Shown one piece after another: positions 35,640 through 46,701 of a stretch of 64,000 nt of DNA. The position numbers were made by a program, and so were the translations under genes. This stretch comes from an uncultured Bacteroidales bacterium (lineage in GTDB: Bacteria > Bacteroidota > Bacteroidia > Bacteroidales > UBA932): contig CALVAG010000001.1 in the NCBI GenBank assembly GCA_944325445.1, positions 55,652 to 119,651 on the forward strand, written 5' to 3'. Numbering within the stretch: position 1 is the stretch's first letter; every line of letters begins with the position of its first letter. Below the pieces are notes generated by a model. The model searched no databases. It was not told where the DNA came from and saw nothing but the letters and a program-made list of their open reading frames with translations.

Positions 35640-36711
35640 TCATCAGGCCGACATTCTCTTCCCATCTGTAGAGACGTAAAACGCGCTCTCTGCCTGCACT
35701 TCCCATGGTCTGCAGCAGCGACGGCTCTTCTATGAACCTTTCTATTGCCATTGCTGCAAGGTCGATATCTTCCCGGGGAACTATGATGCCGGTGATTCCG
35801 TCTTCAACCACCTCCCTAAAGCCGTCGGCATCGGAAGTTATCACCGGGCACTCGCAAGCCATGGATTCAATGGCGACGACTCCGAAACTTTCGCTCCTCG
35901 AGAGCGAGAGCGTGACTGAAAACGAATTGTATATTTGGGGCAATACAGAGTTTTCCATTTTGCCTGTAAAGCGGATATCTTGTATCGAGAGGGCCTTTGC
36001 CAGGTTTTTGTACTCTTCAAGGTTGGGCCCGTCGCCTACAATCACCATCTTCAACTTCTTTTCGGGATAATGTTCAGCTACCTTTTTAAAAGCCCTGATT
36101 GCAATATCTATTCCATATTTGGGAGACATGGTCTTTACAATTCCTACCACAAAACTTTCCGGGGCAGGTGCGTACTCCTCCATTTTTCTGAACAGGGAGG
36201 TATCTACTCCGAAAGGAATTACGGCAATCTCCCCGTTGTAATATTTTGCAATCTCTTTTGCCATTATATTGGAAGTGGAGCAGACTCTCTCTGCAGTTTT
36301 GAGACAGAATTTTACGCTCAAGCGATTTATTACGGAGAGTTTTGGGAATTCGTATATGTCAGAGCCCCATACGGAGATTACCAGCGGATGGAATTTTGCC
36401 AGTGCAGCTATGAGGGCATAGCTTGTAAGATAGTGAGCATGAAGCAGCTCCGGCTGTTCGATTTTTATAGCCTTTTTCAGGGCGCGCACAGCACCTATGT
36501 GCCTGAAGAGTTTTTTTACCGGTGCGGATATTCCGCTCCCCTTGTAATCGAACAGGTCATAGAAGTATGTTTTTATGCCCTCTTTCCTAAAAAAGTCATC
36601 AGAAATCAGGTTCGGAGAAAACAACACGACTTTCACTCCCGCATCATTCAGGGATTTCACCCATCTTCTGGTATGTGTGCTCCTGGCATCTGAAACTATC
36701 AGGATTTTCAT
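35599..36711 (-). CDS. GT4-family (GT-B) glycosyltransferase
   Basis: 370 aa with the C-terminal ESFGVVAIESMACECPVITSDADGFREVV (E-x7-E region). Confidence 0.85.
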   Translation of the reverse strand: MKILIVSDARSTHTRRWVKSLNDAGVKVVLFSPNLISDDFFRKEGIKTYFYDLFDYKGSGISAPVKKLFRHIGAVRALKKAIKIEQPELLHAHYLTSYALIAALAKFHPLVISVWGSDIYEFPKLSVINRLSVKFCLKTAERVCSTSNIMAKEIAKYYNGEIAVIPFGVDTSLFRKMEEYAPAPESFVVGIVKTMSPKYGIDIAIRAFKKVAEHYPEKKLKMVIVGDGPNLEEYKNLAKALSIQDIRFTGKMENSVLPQIYNSFSVTLSLSRSESFGVVAIESMACECPVITSDADGFREVVEDGITGIIVPREDIDLAAMAIERFIEEPSLLQTMGSAGRERVLRLYRWEENVGLMIETYKNCITEYEQ

Positions 36712-36732
36712 CTATATATGGCCGGTTTTCTG

Positions 36733-38076
36733 TTATTTGCCCGTGTAATTACGGGGGGTAATCGAGAGAAGTTCCTTTTTTACGGGTTCAGGTATCTCAA
36801 GTCCATTTACAAACTCCCGGATACTCTCTTCCGTTATGCCGTTGTTGCCTCTGGTGAGTGCTTTCAATGTTTCGTACGGGTTAGGATAGCCTTCTCTGCG
36901 CAGTACATTCTGAATCCCTTCGGCTACGACAGCCCAGTTCGCTTCCAGGTCCGCATTCAGTTTTGCCTCGTTGAGGATAAGTTTGTCCAATCCTTTCAAA
37001 AGCGATTTAAAGGCTATGATGGAGTGTGCGACGGGAACTCCTATGTTTCTCAGAACCGTTGAATCCGTGAGGTCTCTCTGCATTCTCGAAATCGGGAGTT
37101 TGCCGGCCATGTGGCCGTATAGCGCGTTGGCCACGCCGAGGTTGCCCTCTGCATTCTCGAAGTCTATCGGATTTACCTTGTGGGGCATTGCAGATGAACC
37201 TACCTCGCCGGCTTTGATCTTCTGTCTGAAATATTCCATGGAGATGTATGTCCATATATCCCTGGAAAGATCTATCAGAATGGTATTTATTCTTTTAAGA
37301 CAATCGAACAGAGCTGCGATGTTGTCGTAATGCTCGATCTGCGTTGTGGGAAAAGATCTCTTCAGGTGGAGTTTTTCGCTTACGAAACGGTCTGCGAATG
37401 AATGCCAGTCTATCTGTGGATAGGTAAAATAGTGGGCATTCATGTTGCCTGTGGCACCCCCGAATTTTGCGGAGTGTGGAATCTGCTCCAATTGTTTGAG
37501 CTGCTCCCTGATTCTTACTGCAAAAACCATTATCTCTTTGCCCAGGCGGGTAGGTGAGGCAGGCTGCCCGTGTGTATGGGCCAGCATGGGAACATCTTTC
37601 CACTGTTGTGCATATTCCTCCAGTTTTTCAACAACCTTGTCGAGTTGCGGCATATATGAGCGGTTTATCCCCTCGCAAAGTGAAAGCGGAATAGAGGTGT
37701 TGTTTATATCCTGCGATGTCAGGCCGAAATGTACGAATTCTCCGAACCGCTCTATCCCCAGCTCTTTGAAACGCCCTTTTATGAAATATTCCACAGCCTT
37801 TACATCGTGGTTGGTGGTCTTCTCTATCTCTTTTATTCCCACAGCATCTTCAATAGAAAATTTACGATAGATATCTCTCAGTTTTTCAAAATTTTTGCTG
37901 TCGAAAGATTCCAATTGTTCAAGGGGTATTTCGCAGAGTGCTATGAAATACTCTATTTCAACTCTTACTCTATATTTTATAAGGGCATATTCAGAGAAAT
38001 AGTGCTCCAGCTCTTTTACTTTGTCGTGATATCTGCCATCTACCGGAGAAATGGCGGTAAGTGCGTTGTCGAACAT
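36733..38076 (-). CDS. purB: Adenylosuccinate lyase
   Basis: 447 aa with LTAISPVDGRY and GSSAMPHKVNP (fumarate lyase signature). Confidence 0.95.
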   Translation of the reverse strand: MFDNALTAISPVDGRYHDKVKELEHYFSEYALIKYRVRVEIEYFIALCEIPLEQLESFDSKNFEKLRDIYRKFSIEDAVGIKEIEKTTNHDVKAVEYFIKGRFKELGIERFGEFVHFGLTSQDINNTSIPLSLCEGINRSYMPQLDKVVEKLEEYAQQWKDVPMLAHTHGQPASPTRLGKEIMVFAVRIREQLKQLEQIPHSAKFGGATGNMNAHYFTYPQIDWHSFADRFVSEKLHLKRSFPTTQIEHYDNIAALFDCLKRINTILIDLSRDIWTYISMEYFRQKIKAGEVGSSAMPHKVNPIDFENAEGNLGVANALYGHMAGKLPISRMQRDLTDSTVLRNIGVPVAHSIIAFKSLLKGLDKLILNEAKLNADLEANWAVVAEGIQNVLRREGYPNPYETLKALTRGNNGITEESIREFVNGLEIPEPVKKELLSITPRNYTGK

Positions 38077-38122
38077 GATTGTTTTTATAATTAATGCTGT
38101 ATAATAGCTTTAGACCGCAAAT

Positions 38123-38980
38123 TTAAGAATCTTTATCAAGATAAGGGTACAGTTGGTTGTAAAGTTTTACGCATTCCACCCCTTCCGCGACATCGTGCAC
38201 TCTCAAAATATCGCCTCCCAGCAGGAGCGCTTGCAGATTAAGGGCCGCAGTGGGGCATAGGGCTTCCTGAGGGGTTATCCCCAATGGCTTCCATATCATG
38301 CTTTTTCTCGACAGACCTATCAATATGGGGGCCGGTATACTGCTTTTCAATTTCCCGATTCCGGCCAGTAATTGATAGTTTTGTTCGACTGTCTTTGCAA
38401 ATCCGAATCCCGGATCTATGATATATTCGTTTATGCCGTATTTCTGAGCCTTGGCCTGGAAATTTTTAAAGTACTCTATGACTTCGGTAACGACTCCTCT
38501 TTGGTAATCGCATCTTTGCTGCATATCCAGGGGACTGCCTTTTTTGTGCATTGCAATATATGGCAGTTTCAATCTGCCGGCCAGCGGCAGCATTTCCGGG
38601 TCATCTTCTCCGGCGCTGATGTCGTTTACAGTAAATTCACCTATAAAATCATACGCCCGTTTTACAATCGAGCTTCTGAAAGTATCTATCGACAGCGCAT
38701 TGCGCTGCCCTTTGCGTTTGAACAGCCGGCTGCATGCAGAATCACTCTTTTTAAGCTCATCTTTTATAACGGACAGGGCGAGTTTTATCCCGTTCCATTC
38801 GCACTCTTCGCTTACAGGCATCGAGCCGGGTCTTGTGGAACATGCTCCGAAATCCAGAATGTCTGCCTGCTGTCCAATCATCTGCTCTACCTTTTGTCTT
38901 ATTTCAACGGGAGTGGAGCAGCGGCTTCCTCTGTAGAAGGAATTGTCGTTAACATTTATTATACCCATTATCTGTTTCAT
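38123..38980 (-). CDS. folP: Dihydropteroate synthase
   Basis: 285 aa with IMGIINVNDNSFY, DIGACSTRPG-like DFGACSTRPG and IDPGFGFAKT. Confidence 0.9.
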   Translation of the reverse strand: MKQIMGIINVNDNSFYRGSRCSTPVEIRQKVEQMIGQQADILDFGACSTRPGSMPVSEECEWNGIKLALSVIKDELKKSDSACSRLFKRKGQRNALSIDTFRSSIVKRAYDFIGEFTVNDISAGEDDPEMLPLAGRLKLPYIAMHKKGSPLDMQQRCDYQRGVVTEVIEYFKNFQAKAQKYGINEYIIDPGFGFAKTVEQNYQLLAGIGKLKSSIPAPILIGLSRKSMIWKPLGITPQEALCPTAALNLQALLLGGDILRVHDVAEGVECVKLYNQLYPYLDKDS

Positions 38981-39006
38981 ATCGGTATAAAGTTGTCTTG
39001 CCGCGG

Positions 39007-39014
39007 CAAATTTA
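39007..39014 (-). promoter_or_regulatory. -7 box TAAATTTG for folP
   Basis: Exact match on the minus strand, 27 nt upstream of ATG 38980. Confidence 0.5.
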
Positions 39015-39044
39015 GAGATTTAAACTCAATTGAGTTAATTTTTG

Positions 39045-39052
39045 TAATTTTG
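39045..39052 (+). promoter_or_regulatory. -7 box TAATTTTG for tmk
   Basis: Exact match, 26 nt upstream of ATG 39078. Confidence 0.5.
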
Positions 39053-39077
39053 TCCTGCGAAAAATCTGAATAGAGAT

Positions 39078-39755
39078 ATGTTAATTGTAATAGAGGGGCT
39101 CGACGGTGCCGGAAAAAGCACTCAGGTAAAATTGATAAAGGAGTATATAAAGGAGTCGGGAAAGGAGTTGGAATATCTGCACTTTCCAAGATTCGACGCT
39201 CCGGTTTACGGCGAATTGATTGCAAAATTCCTGCGCGGGGAATTCGGAAAAAACGAGATGGTCCATCCGCAGCTTGTGGCATTGCTTTTCGCCCAGGACA
39301 GGGCCGATGCATCCGGAATGATTAAAGAATGGCTCTCTGAGGGTCGCTGTGTCCTGCTGGACCGTTATGTCTATTCCAATATTGCATATCAATGCTCTAA
39401 ATTAAAAGATGAAAATGAGGCAAAAGAGTTGAAAAAGTGGATTCTTGAACTTGAATACGGAACTTTTGCCATTCCCAAACCGGATGTCAATATCTTTTTG
39501 GACGTGCCCATCTCTTTTGTAGATAGGAAGCTGAAGGAAAACCGTGAAGGAAATGACAGGGGTTATCTTAAGGGTAAAACGGATATTCACGAGGCGGATA
39601 TTGCATTTCAGATAGGGGTGAGGGAGATATATCTGGAGCAATGCCGCGAAGATGAAAATTTTATCAGGGTTGAATGTGCAGACGGCGATGGGGAGATGCT
39701 GCCGGCGGAGGTGATATTCGGTTCCATAAGGAATATCATAGGTAAATTGATGTAA
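39078..39755 (+). CDS. tmk: Thymidylate (dTMP) kinase
   Basis: 225 aa with IVIEGLDGAGKSTQ (P-loop) and LLDRYVYSNIAYQ. Confidence 0.9.
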   Translation: MLIVIEGLDGAGKSTQVKLIKEYIKESGKELEYLHFPRFDAPVYGELIAKFLRGEFGKNEMVHPQLVALLFAQDRADASGMIKEWLSEGRCVLLDRYVYSNIAYQCSKLKDENEAKELKKWILELEYGTFAIPKPDVNIFLDVPISFVDRKLKENREGNDRGYLKGKTDIHEADIAFQIGVREIYLEQCREDENFIRVECADGDGEMLPAEVIFGSIRNIIGKLM

Positions 39756-39760
39756 CGCAG

Positions 39761-40975
39761 ATGAATGTATTGCAGAATATTTGCAGGATTATAGCAGGAA
39801 TCGTTTTTCTGTTATCGGGGTTTCTGAAGGCTTTGGACCCTGTCGGCGGCGCGCTGAAAATCGAAGAATATCTGAGAGCATTTCATCTGCAGTTTTTTGA
39901 CTTCGTCTCGCTGCCGGCTGCAATAATATTGTGCTGTGCAGAGTTTGTGACGGGAATAGCCTTCCTCAAAGGCATGAAGATGCGCCTGTTCTCTTCGCTG
40001 GCGTTGATTCTGATAAGTTTTTTTACACTTCTGACCCTTTATTCCGCAATTTTTAATCCCGTTGAGGATTGCGGCTGTTTCGGAGAGGCATTCCATCTGT
40101 CGAATTGGGAGACTTTCTTTAAAAATATAATCCTTTTTGCCGCCGTACTGCTGGTATATATACGCAGAAAAACTTTTTCTCCAATAGCATTGCCGTTGTG
40201 GGAATTGGTATATACTTTATGTTATACGGCATTTATATTTTATATAACCGTATTGGCGATAATATATCTGCCAAAGATAGACTTTACCCCGTACAAGGCC
40301 GGGACCGATTTGCTGGAAGTTTTGGAAAATCCTCCTGAAAGGGTGTATGAAACGGTATTTGTCTACTCCAAAGAGGGGGAATCGAGAGAATTTACGATCG
40401 ATAATCTGCCGGATTCTACATGGAGTTATCTCTCTTCTGAAACAAAACTCATATCGGGCGGCGATGAGCATGGCCAGATAACGGATTTCGTTCTGAAAGA
40501 CGCTTCGGAAAATTATGTGGCAAAAGAGCTGCTCTCGACAGATTCGCCCATCTTTTTCATTATCGTTCATAATGCCGGGAATATAGGAAACGGCGAGTGC
40601 AGAAGAATAATGAGGCTTGCGCAGATAGCGGCGGAAAACGGTGCGGAGCTCTATATCATAAGCGGCGACGGAAAGCAGCTGCCGTTGGATATCCCTATGC
40701 TATATACGGATTATAAAACAGCCCTCTCCTTAAACCGCTCCAACGGAGGATTGGTTTACATGAAGAGAGGGCTTATTGTAAACAAATGGTCTAAATTCGA
40801 TTACCCTTTTAATGGAATAGCGAGGATTCTCAGCAGGGATTATGAAGAGATCACCGCAAACCAGACGATAGAGGCCCAGCTCTTTTTACAGGTTACGCTG
40901 CTTGTAATCCTCTTCATGGTCTTTATCGTCAGATATGTCTCAAAGAGAATCTATTGGAAAAGGAAGAGATTATAG
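39761..40975 (+). CDS. MauE/DoxX-family membrane protein with an extracytoplasmic C-terminal domain and terminal TM anchor
   Basis: 404 aa with an N-terminal 4-TM region containing the DCGCFGE motif, a soluble middle domain and a final TM ([14 protein letters not shown]). Confidence 0.6.
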   Translation: MNVLQNICRIIAGIVFLLSGFLKALDPVGGALKIEEYLRAFHLQFFDFVSLPAAIILCCAEFVTGIAFLKGMKMRLFSSLALILISFFTLLTLYSAIFNPVEDCGCFGEAFHLSNWETFFKNIILFAAVLLVYIRRKTFSPIALPLWELVYTLCYTAFIFYITVLAIIYLPKIDFTPYKAGTDLLEVLENPPERVYETVFVYSKEGESREFTIDNLPDSTWSYLSSETKLISGGDEHGQITDFVLKDASENYVAKELLSTDSPIFFIIVHNAGNIGNGECRRIMRLAQIAAENGAELYIISGDGKQLPLDIPMLYTDYKTALSLNRSNGGLVYMKRGLIVNKWSKFDYPFNGIARILSRDYEEITANQTIEAQLFLQVTLLVILFMVFIVRYVSKRIYWKRKRL

Positions 40976-43687
40976 TACCCTTTTAATCTTTACGATTTCG
41001 TAAGCTTCGATAATGTCTCCGACCTTTATATCGTTATATCCGGCGATATTCAGTCCGCAATCATATCCGCTTTGTACCTCTTTTACATCATCCTTGAAAC
41101 GTTTCAGCGAGCCGAGTTCTCCGGCATAGATTACAATGCCGTCTCTTATGACCCTCACTTTGGCCGTTCTGGCAAGTTTTCCCTCTTTTACGATACATCC
41201 GGCTATGGTACCGACCTTTGATATCTTGAAAATCTCCCTTACCTCGGCGGTTGCTGTAACCTCCTCTTTTTCTTCAGGCGCGAGCATACCTTCTATACCG
41301 CTCTTGACTTCGTTTATCGCATCGTATATTATAGAGTAAAGCCTGATCTCTATATCCTCTTTCTCGGCGAGCTTGCGTGCGGAAGCGGACGGCCTTACCT
41401 GGAATCCGATGATGATGGCATTGGATGCGGCAGCCAAAAGTACATCCGATTCCGAGATCGCGCCTACGGCTTTGTGTATTACATTTACCACAATCTCCTC
41501 CGTAGACAGCTTTATAAGCGAGTCTGACAGAGCCTCGATAGAACCGTCTACATCACCTTTTACAATTATATTCAGCTCCTTGAAGTTGCCTATCGCAATC
41601 CTTCTTCCTATCTCTTCCAGGGTTATATGTTTCTGTGTCCTCAATCCCTGTATTCTCAACAGCTGTTCACGCTTGTTGGCTATCTCTTTTGCCTCCTTCT
41701 CATCTTCGAATACATTGAAATTCTCACCTGCGGTAGGGGCGCCGTTCAGACCGAGAATCGAAACGGGAGTGGACGGACCTGCCTCGGCGACTTTCTGCCC
41801 ACGCTCATTGAACATGGCCTTTACCTTGCCGGTATAGCACCCGCTCAATATCACATCGCCGACTCTCAATGTTCCGCCCTGCACCAGAATGGTGGCAAGA
41901 TATCCCCGTCCCTTATCGAGCGAAGACTCTATTACGGAGCCCATCGCCCTTTTGTTGGGATTGGCTTTCAATTCCAGCAGGTCGGCTTCCAGAAGCACTT
42001 TATCCAGCAGCTCCTCCACACCTGTACCCTTTTTTGCGGATATTTCCTGGCATTGGTATTTACCGCCCCAGTCCTCTACCAGGATATTCATGTTCGCAAG
42101 CTGCTCCTTTATTTTTTCGGGATTGGCTCCCGGTTTGTCTATCTTGTTGATTGCAAAGATCATCGGTACACCTGCCGCCTGCGCATGATTTATGGCTTCA
42201 ACGGTTTGAGGCATTATTGCGTCATCGGCAGCGATGATTATAATGGCAAGGTCGGTAATTTTTGCACCGCGGGCACGCATGGCAGTAAACGCCTCGTGGC
42301 CCGGAGTATCGAGGAATGTAATGCGTCTTCCGTTCGGAAGCTCCACATTATATGCTCCTATATGCTGGGTTATGCCTCCTGCCTCGCCGGCAATCACATT
42401 CGATTTTCTGATGTAATCCAAAAGCGAAGTCTTACCATGGTCTACATGTCCCATTACAGTGACGATAGGGGGCCTCTCCTGCATATCTTCAGGTTTGTCC
42501 ACATCGTTTTCCTCCTTGATCGTTTCCTGAATGTCCGCCGTCACAAACTCGACCTTGTATCCGAATTCTTCGGCGACAAGGACCAGCGCTTCTGCATCAA
42601 GCCTCTGGTTTATCGAGACCATAAGACCAAGGTTCATGCAGGCTTCTATTACCTTTGTCACAGGTACGCCTATCATGATAGAGAGGTCATTTACAGTTAC
42701 GAATTCAGTCACCTTCAGGATATTGCTGTCGCGCTGCTGTTGCTGCTCCTCTTCAATCATTTTCTGGGTATTCAGCTCTCTCTTTTCCTTTCTGTATTTT
42801 GAGCCCTTGCTTTTACCCTTGCCCTCAACCATCCTCTGGTAAGTCTCTTTTATCTGTCTTTGAACTTCATCTTCATCGACTTCTATCTTTACTGGCTTGA
42901 ACTTGTCCTTTTTATGTTTGCCGCCGCCCTGCTGCTGATTTTTAAGGTCGCTGTTCTGATTCTTCCCGCTATTTTGCTGGTGTTGCCTGTTGCCGGCCTT
43001 TCCGGCCTCCTGCATAATGTCTACGCGCTCTTTCTGTTTGTGTATGCGCTCTCTCTTGCCTTTGTTTTTATTCTCTTTATTTCTTTCAAATTGCGAGAGA
43101 TCTATGCTTCCGCTTATTTTAGGGCCGGTAAGCTTTTCGACTTTTGTCTCGATATGTTCGATTACCGGATGCCGCTCTTTGGTCTGCTCCGGTGCAGGCT
43201 CTGCATGTGCCTTTTCTTCTGCGCCGTGTATGACCGCGCTCTCCTTCTGGGGAGCCGTTTCTGTTTTCGGTTTTACTTCAACCGGTCTGCTTTCCGGGAC
43301 AGGAGACGGCTTTGCCTCGGCTTTTTCGGACGCGCTGTTTACTGCCGTCTTGTTGCGGCTGTTCAAATCTATCTTGCCAACGATTTTAGGCCGTTTTTCT
43401 TCTATTGTGGTTTTGATGAAGATCTCCCTTGGAGCCTCTTCTTCAACCTGTTTCTCTGTTTCGGTAATATCTTTTACCTTGATTGCCACTTTTTTAGACT
43501 CCTCTTTGACTATCTGCTCTTTGCGAAATTCTGCCTCTGTGAGCGAATATGCCTCGGCAGAGAGTTTGGCATTCGGATTCGCATCGACTGTAATACCTTT
43601 CTTCTGCAAGAATTCCATAAGAGTCCCCATCCCGATATTGAACTCTTTTAATACTTTACTGATTCTTATGTTTTCGTTTACTGCCAT
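40970..43687 (-). CDS. infB: Translation initiation factor IF-2
   Basis: 905 aa with a Lys/Glu/Gln-rich N-terminus. G-domain motifs are [19 protein letters not shown] and NKID. Confidence 0.97.
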   Translation of the reverse strand: MAVNENIRISKVLKEFNIGMGTLMEFLQKKGITVDANPNAKLSAEAYSLTEAEFRKEQIVKEESKKVAIKVKDITETEKQVEEEAPREIFIKTTIEEKRPKIVGKIDLNSRNKTAVNSASEKAEAKPSPVPESRPVEVKPKTETAPQKESAVIHGAEEKAHAEPAPEQTKERHPVIEHIETKVEKLTGPKISGSIDLSQFERNKENKNKGKRERIHKQKERVDIMQEAGKAGNRQHQQNSGKNQNSDLKNQQQGGGKHKKDKFKPVKIEVDEDEVQRQIKETYQRMVEGKGKSKGSKYRKEKRELNTQKMIEEEQQQQRDSNILKVTEFVTVNDLSIMIGVPVTKVIEACMNLGLMVSINQRLDAEALVLVAEEFGYKVEFVTADIQETIKEENDVDKPEDMQERPPIVTVMGHVDHGKTSLLDYIRKSNVIAGEAGGITQHIGAYNVELPNGRRITFLDTPGHEAFTAMRARGAKITDLAIIIIAADDAIMPQTVEAINHAQAAGVPMIFAINKIDKPGANPEKIKEQLANMNILVEDWGGKYQCQEISAKKGTGVEELLDKVLLEADLLELKANPNKRAMGSVIESSLDKGRGYLATILVQGGTLRVGDVILSGCYTGKVKAMFNERGQKVAEAGPSTPVSILGLNGAPTAGENFNVFEDEKEAKEIANKREQLLRIQGLRTQKHITLEEIGRRIAIGNFKELNIIVKGDVDGSIEALSDSLIKLSTEEIVVNVIHKAVGAISESDVLLAAASNAIIIGFQVRPSASARKLAEKEDIEIRLYSIIYDAINEVKSGIEGMLAPEEKEEVTATAEVREIFKISKVGTIAGCIVKEGKLARTAKVRVIRDGIVIYAGELGSLKRFKDDVKEVQSGYDCGLNIAGYNDIKVGDIIEAYEIVKIKRVL

Positions 43688-43719
43688 AATGTTCCTCCCG
43701 GAGTTTAATTGATAAAATA

Positions 43720-44955
43720 CTACTCAAATTCAGCCCTTAAAATGCGCTGTACTTCAACTACGGTCTCTTCTTCGAGATCGGCTCTCTTTACTATATCCGC
43801 TACAGGCAGAGCCAGTACGCTCTTTGCCGTATCGCATCCGATAGACTTGAGTGCGTCGATAATCCACTGATCTATTTCATCACTGAATTCTGTGAGAAGC
43901 ACATCCTCTTCTCCTTCGCCCTCTTCCAATTCTCTGAACACTTCAATCTCCTTGCCGACGAGCATTCCTGCCAGTTTGATATTGCTTCCTCCCTTTCCTA
44001 TGGCCAAAGAGACCTCGGAAGATTTGAGTGAAACATATATTTTATTGTCCTCTTCGCTTATTTTGATCGATGAGACCTTGGCCGGGCTGAGCGCTCTCTG
44101 GATAAGAAGCTGTGTGTTGCTTGTCCAGTTTATTATATCTATGTTCTCATTTCTGAGTTCTCTCACTATGCCATGGATTCTGGAACCTTTTACGCCTACA
44201 CAAGCTCCTACCGGGTCTATCCTTTCGTCGTATGATTCTACGGCGACTTTAGCCCTCTCTCCCGGGATTCTTACTATTTTCTTGATTGTAATTAGCCCGT
44301 CGAATATCTCCGGCACCTCCTGCTCGAACAGCCTCTCCAAAAATTTCGGAGAAGTTCTGGACAGGATTATTACAGGAGAGTTGTTCTTCATCTCGACTCT
44401 TGAAATGACGGCCCTTACGGAATCTCCCTTATGGAAAAAGTCAGACGGAATCTGTTCGCTTTTGGGCAAAAGCAACTCATTGCCGTCTTCGTCCATTACA
44501 AGCGTCTCTTTCTTCCATGCCTGATAAACTTCTCCTACGAGAATTTCGCCTACCTTCTCCTTATACTTGTTGTAGAGGTTGGCCTTTTCTATATCGGCAA
44601 TTCGCGCCTGCAGATTTTGACGCAGGTTCAGAATCCCCCTGCGTCCGAAACTTGCCAGGCTTACCGGTTCTACGAATTCCTCGCCTATCTCATAGGAACT
44701 GTCTATCTTGTCTACATCCTCTTTTGAAATCTGGGTATTCGGATCCTCCACATTTTCCACTACGGTCCTGTTTCTCCAGATTTCAAAATCGCCTTTATCT
44801 ATATTGATAATGATGTCGAAGTTGTCGGCGCTGCCGTACATCCTTGCAAGTTGCGTACGGAAAATGTCTTCCAAAACGCTCATCATCGTAGGACGATCGA
44901 TATTTTTAAGCTCTTTAAATTCTGCAAATGTGCTTACTAAGTTTAGCCCTTCCAT
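43720..44955 (-). CDS. nusA: Transcription termination/antitermination factor NusA
   Basis: 411 aa with S1 and KH regions ([22 protein letters not shown]). Lies between rimP and infB. Confidence 0.97.
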   Translation of the reverse strand: MEGLNLVSTFAEFKELKNIDRPTMMSVLEDIFRTQLARMYGSADNFDIIINIDKGDFEIWRNRTVVENVEDPNTQISKEDVDKIDSSYEIGEEFVEPVSLASFGRRGILNLRQNLQARIADIEKANLYNKYKEKVGEILVGEVYQAWKKETLVMDEDGNELLLPKSEQIPSDFFHKGDSVRAVISRVEMKNNSPVIILSRTSPKFLERLFEQEVPEIFDGLITIKKIVRIPGERAKVAVESYDERIDPVGACVGVKGSRIHGIVRELRNENIDIINWTSNTQLLIQRALSPAKVSSIKISEEDNKIYVSLKSSEVSLAIGKGGSNIKLAGMLVGKEIEVFRELEEGEGEEDVLLTEFSDEIDQWIIDALKSIGCDTAKSVLALPVADIVKRADLEEETVVEVQRILRAEFE

Positions 44956-44977
44956 TGTATCTGTTTTTTTAATATTT

Positions 44978-45454
44978 CTACTTGAATCTGATTACCGGCT
45001 TGCACTCTTTTATCTCGCTTAACGGATAGAGAAGTGTCTGCTTCTGCTCTACCTTTTTCTTCATCCCTTCCATCTTCACCATTTTGGAGAGTGTAATCTC
45101 TATGCTTTTTGTATCGTCGCAGTATTTCGACAGAATCCCTTTTATCCTGCCGCCTTTCTTAAGTGTGATTTCAACTTCGCTTCCGGTAAATTTGATATAC
45201 TGTTGAGCGACCTTGAAAGGCTGGTCCAGCCCGGCGGAAGTGACAGTAAGGGAATAGTCTTCCGCATCTTTGTCGAAATGGCCTGTCACTATGCTGTCTA
45301 TTGCAGTGCAATTGTCGAGAGTTACCGAACCGTCGTAACTTTCTATCGTAACCACGATGTCGTTTTCTCTGGAAATATCGATATCTACCAAAAAAAGTCC
45401 GTTCCCGGCAAGGTAATCGGCTATAAGACCGGCTATGCTCTCATTCGTAATCAT
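44978..45454 (-). CDS. rimP: Ribosome maturation factor RimP
   Basis: 158 aa, first gene of the rimP-nusA-infB arrangement, with LTVTSAGLDQP-type motif. Confidence 0.9.
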   Translation of the reverse strand: MITNESIAGLIADYLAGNGLFLVDIDISRENDIVVTIESYDGSVTLDNCTAIDSIVTGHFDKDAEDYSLTVTSAGLDQPFKVAQQYIKFTGSEVEITLKKGGRIKGILSKYCDDTKSIEITLSKMVKMEGMKKKVEQKQTLLYPLSEIKECKPVIRFK

Positions 45455-45466
45455 TCCTTTCTTTCT

Positions 45467-45504
45467 ATAAAACTTGAGGGCAACCGTTCCCGGTCACCCT
45501 CAAG
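45467..45504 (-). terminator. Strong intrinsic terminator/attenuator in the rimP-nusA-infB leader
   Basis: The minus strand reads CTTGAGGGTGACCG-GGAA-CGGTTGCCCTCAAG-TTTTAT. That is a 14-bp stem (two G-U pairs) with a GNRA loop and a U-tract, ending 12 nt before the rimP ATG. There is no co-directional upstream gene to terminate. Confidence 0.6.
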
Positions 45505-45624
45505 CCCACATTTCATTTCTCGCGCAAAGAAAATATTTTTTTGGTTAAAATGCAAATTCTTCGCTTTTTTTCTTCTGTTTTCCCTCATTTGGAAATAAAA
45601 TGGGTGCAGATAGACATATTTTCT

Positions 45625-45632
45625 TAAATTTG
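45625..45632 (+). promoter_or_regulatory. -7 box TAAATTTG for lpxD
   Basis: Exact match, 33 nt upstream of ATG 45665. Confidence 0.5.
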
Positions 45633-45664
45633 TAAGATTTTAAACAGAATAAATATTAAAAGGT

Positions 45665-46657
45665 ATGGAAATTACGGCCGAGAGAATAGCGCAACATTTC
45701 AACGGCGAAATTATAGGCGATCCTCAGGTAAAGGTCTCTTCTGTAGCCAAGATAGAGAGCGGAAAGAGTGGGAATATCTGTTTTCTTGCAAATCCCAAAT
45801 ATGAGAAGTATCTGTATACGAGCAAGGCAAGCATAATTATTATAAACCGGAGTTTCAAACCGGCAAAGGATGTGACGCCCACGCTGATACTGGTCGATAA
45901 TGCATATGAGGCGGTAGCTTCTCTGCTCGATTTGCTTAATGCTTTGAAAAAAGCCAGAAAGAGCGGACGTTCACTGCTTTCAAGGAGGGCATGGAGCAGT
46001 AAAATAGGAAAGGGAGTCTATATCGGCTCTTTCTCTTATGTGGGACGTAAAAGCGTGGTAGGGAAGGGAACCCAAATATATCCTCAGGTCTACATAGGCA
46101 ACGATGTGCAGATAGGCGAAAATGTGACGCTTTATCAGGGCGTTAAAATCTATGACGGTTGTAAGATAGGGGACAATTGCATCATCCATGCAAATGCCGT
46201 TATCGGTTCCGACGGCTTCGGTTTTGCCCCGACCGCTGACGGTTCATATAAAAAGATCCCGCAAACCGGGAACGTAGTGGTGGAAGAGAATGTGGAGATA
46301 GGTGCGAATACGGTTATCGACCGTGCTACAATGGGCTCTACGATAATAAGGAAAGGGGTGAAATTGGACAATCTTATCCAGGTCGCCCATAATGTGGAGA
46401 TAGGGGAGAATACCGTCATTGCAGCCCAGACTGGAATTGCCGGTTCTACAAAAATAGGCCGCGGATGCCAGTTCGGCGGCCAGGTGGGAATAATAGGGCA
46501 TGCTACAATCGCCGACGGAGTGCAGATAGGAGCGCAGGCGGGAGTGCAGGGCAGCGTAAGGCGCGAAAAGGCGACATTGTTGGGAACTCCGGCGATAGAT
46601 TACATGGAGTATATGAGGGCCTATGCTTTATTCCGTAAAGCGGCTCAAAATAAATAA
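45665..46657 (+). CDS. lpxD: UDP-3-O-acylglucosamine N-acyltransferase
   Basis: 330 aa with an N-terminal LpxD domain ([11 protein letters not shown]) and long hexapeptide repeats. Confidence 0.93.
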   Translation: MEITAERIAQHFNGEIIGDPQVKVSSVAKIESGKSGNICFLANPKYEKYLYTSKASIIIINRSFKPAKDVTPTLILVDNAYEAVASLLDLLNALKKARKSGRSLLSRRAWSSKIGKGVYIGSFSYVGRKSVVGKGTQIYPQVYIGNDVQIGENVTLYQGVKIYDGCKIGDNCIIHANAVIGSDGFGFAPTADGSYKKIPQTGNVVVEENVEIGANTVIDRATMGSTIIRKGVKLDNLIQVAHNVEIGENTVIAAQTGIAGSTKIGRGCQFGGQVGIIGHATIADGVQIGAQAGVQGSVRREKATLLGTPAIDYMEYMRAYALFRKAAQNK

Positions 46658-46663
46658 AATTTA

Positions 46664-46671
46664 TATCTTTG
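46664..46671 (+). promoter_or_regulatory. -7 box TATCTTTG for lpxC-fabZ-lpxA
   Basis: Exact match in the 44-nt lpxD-lpxC spacer, 31 nt upstream of ATG 46702. Confidence 0.45.
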
Positions 46672-46701
46672 TAGACTTAAACCTATTAATATATAGCTTA
46701 A

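Noticed and set aside
41627-43712. Three long plus-strand ORFs (391, 263 and 240 aa).
   Set aside because: All three are antisense to infB, whose G-domain and overall IF-2 architecture are unambiguous.
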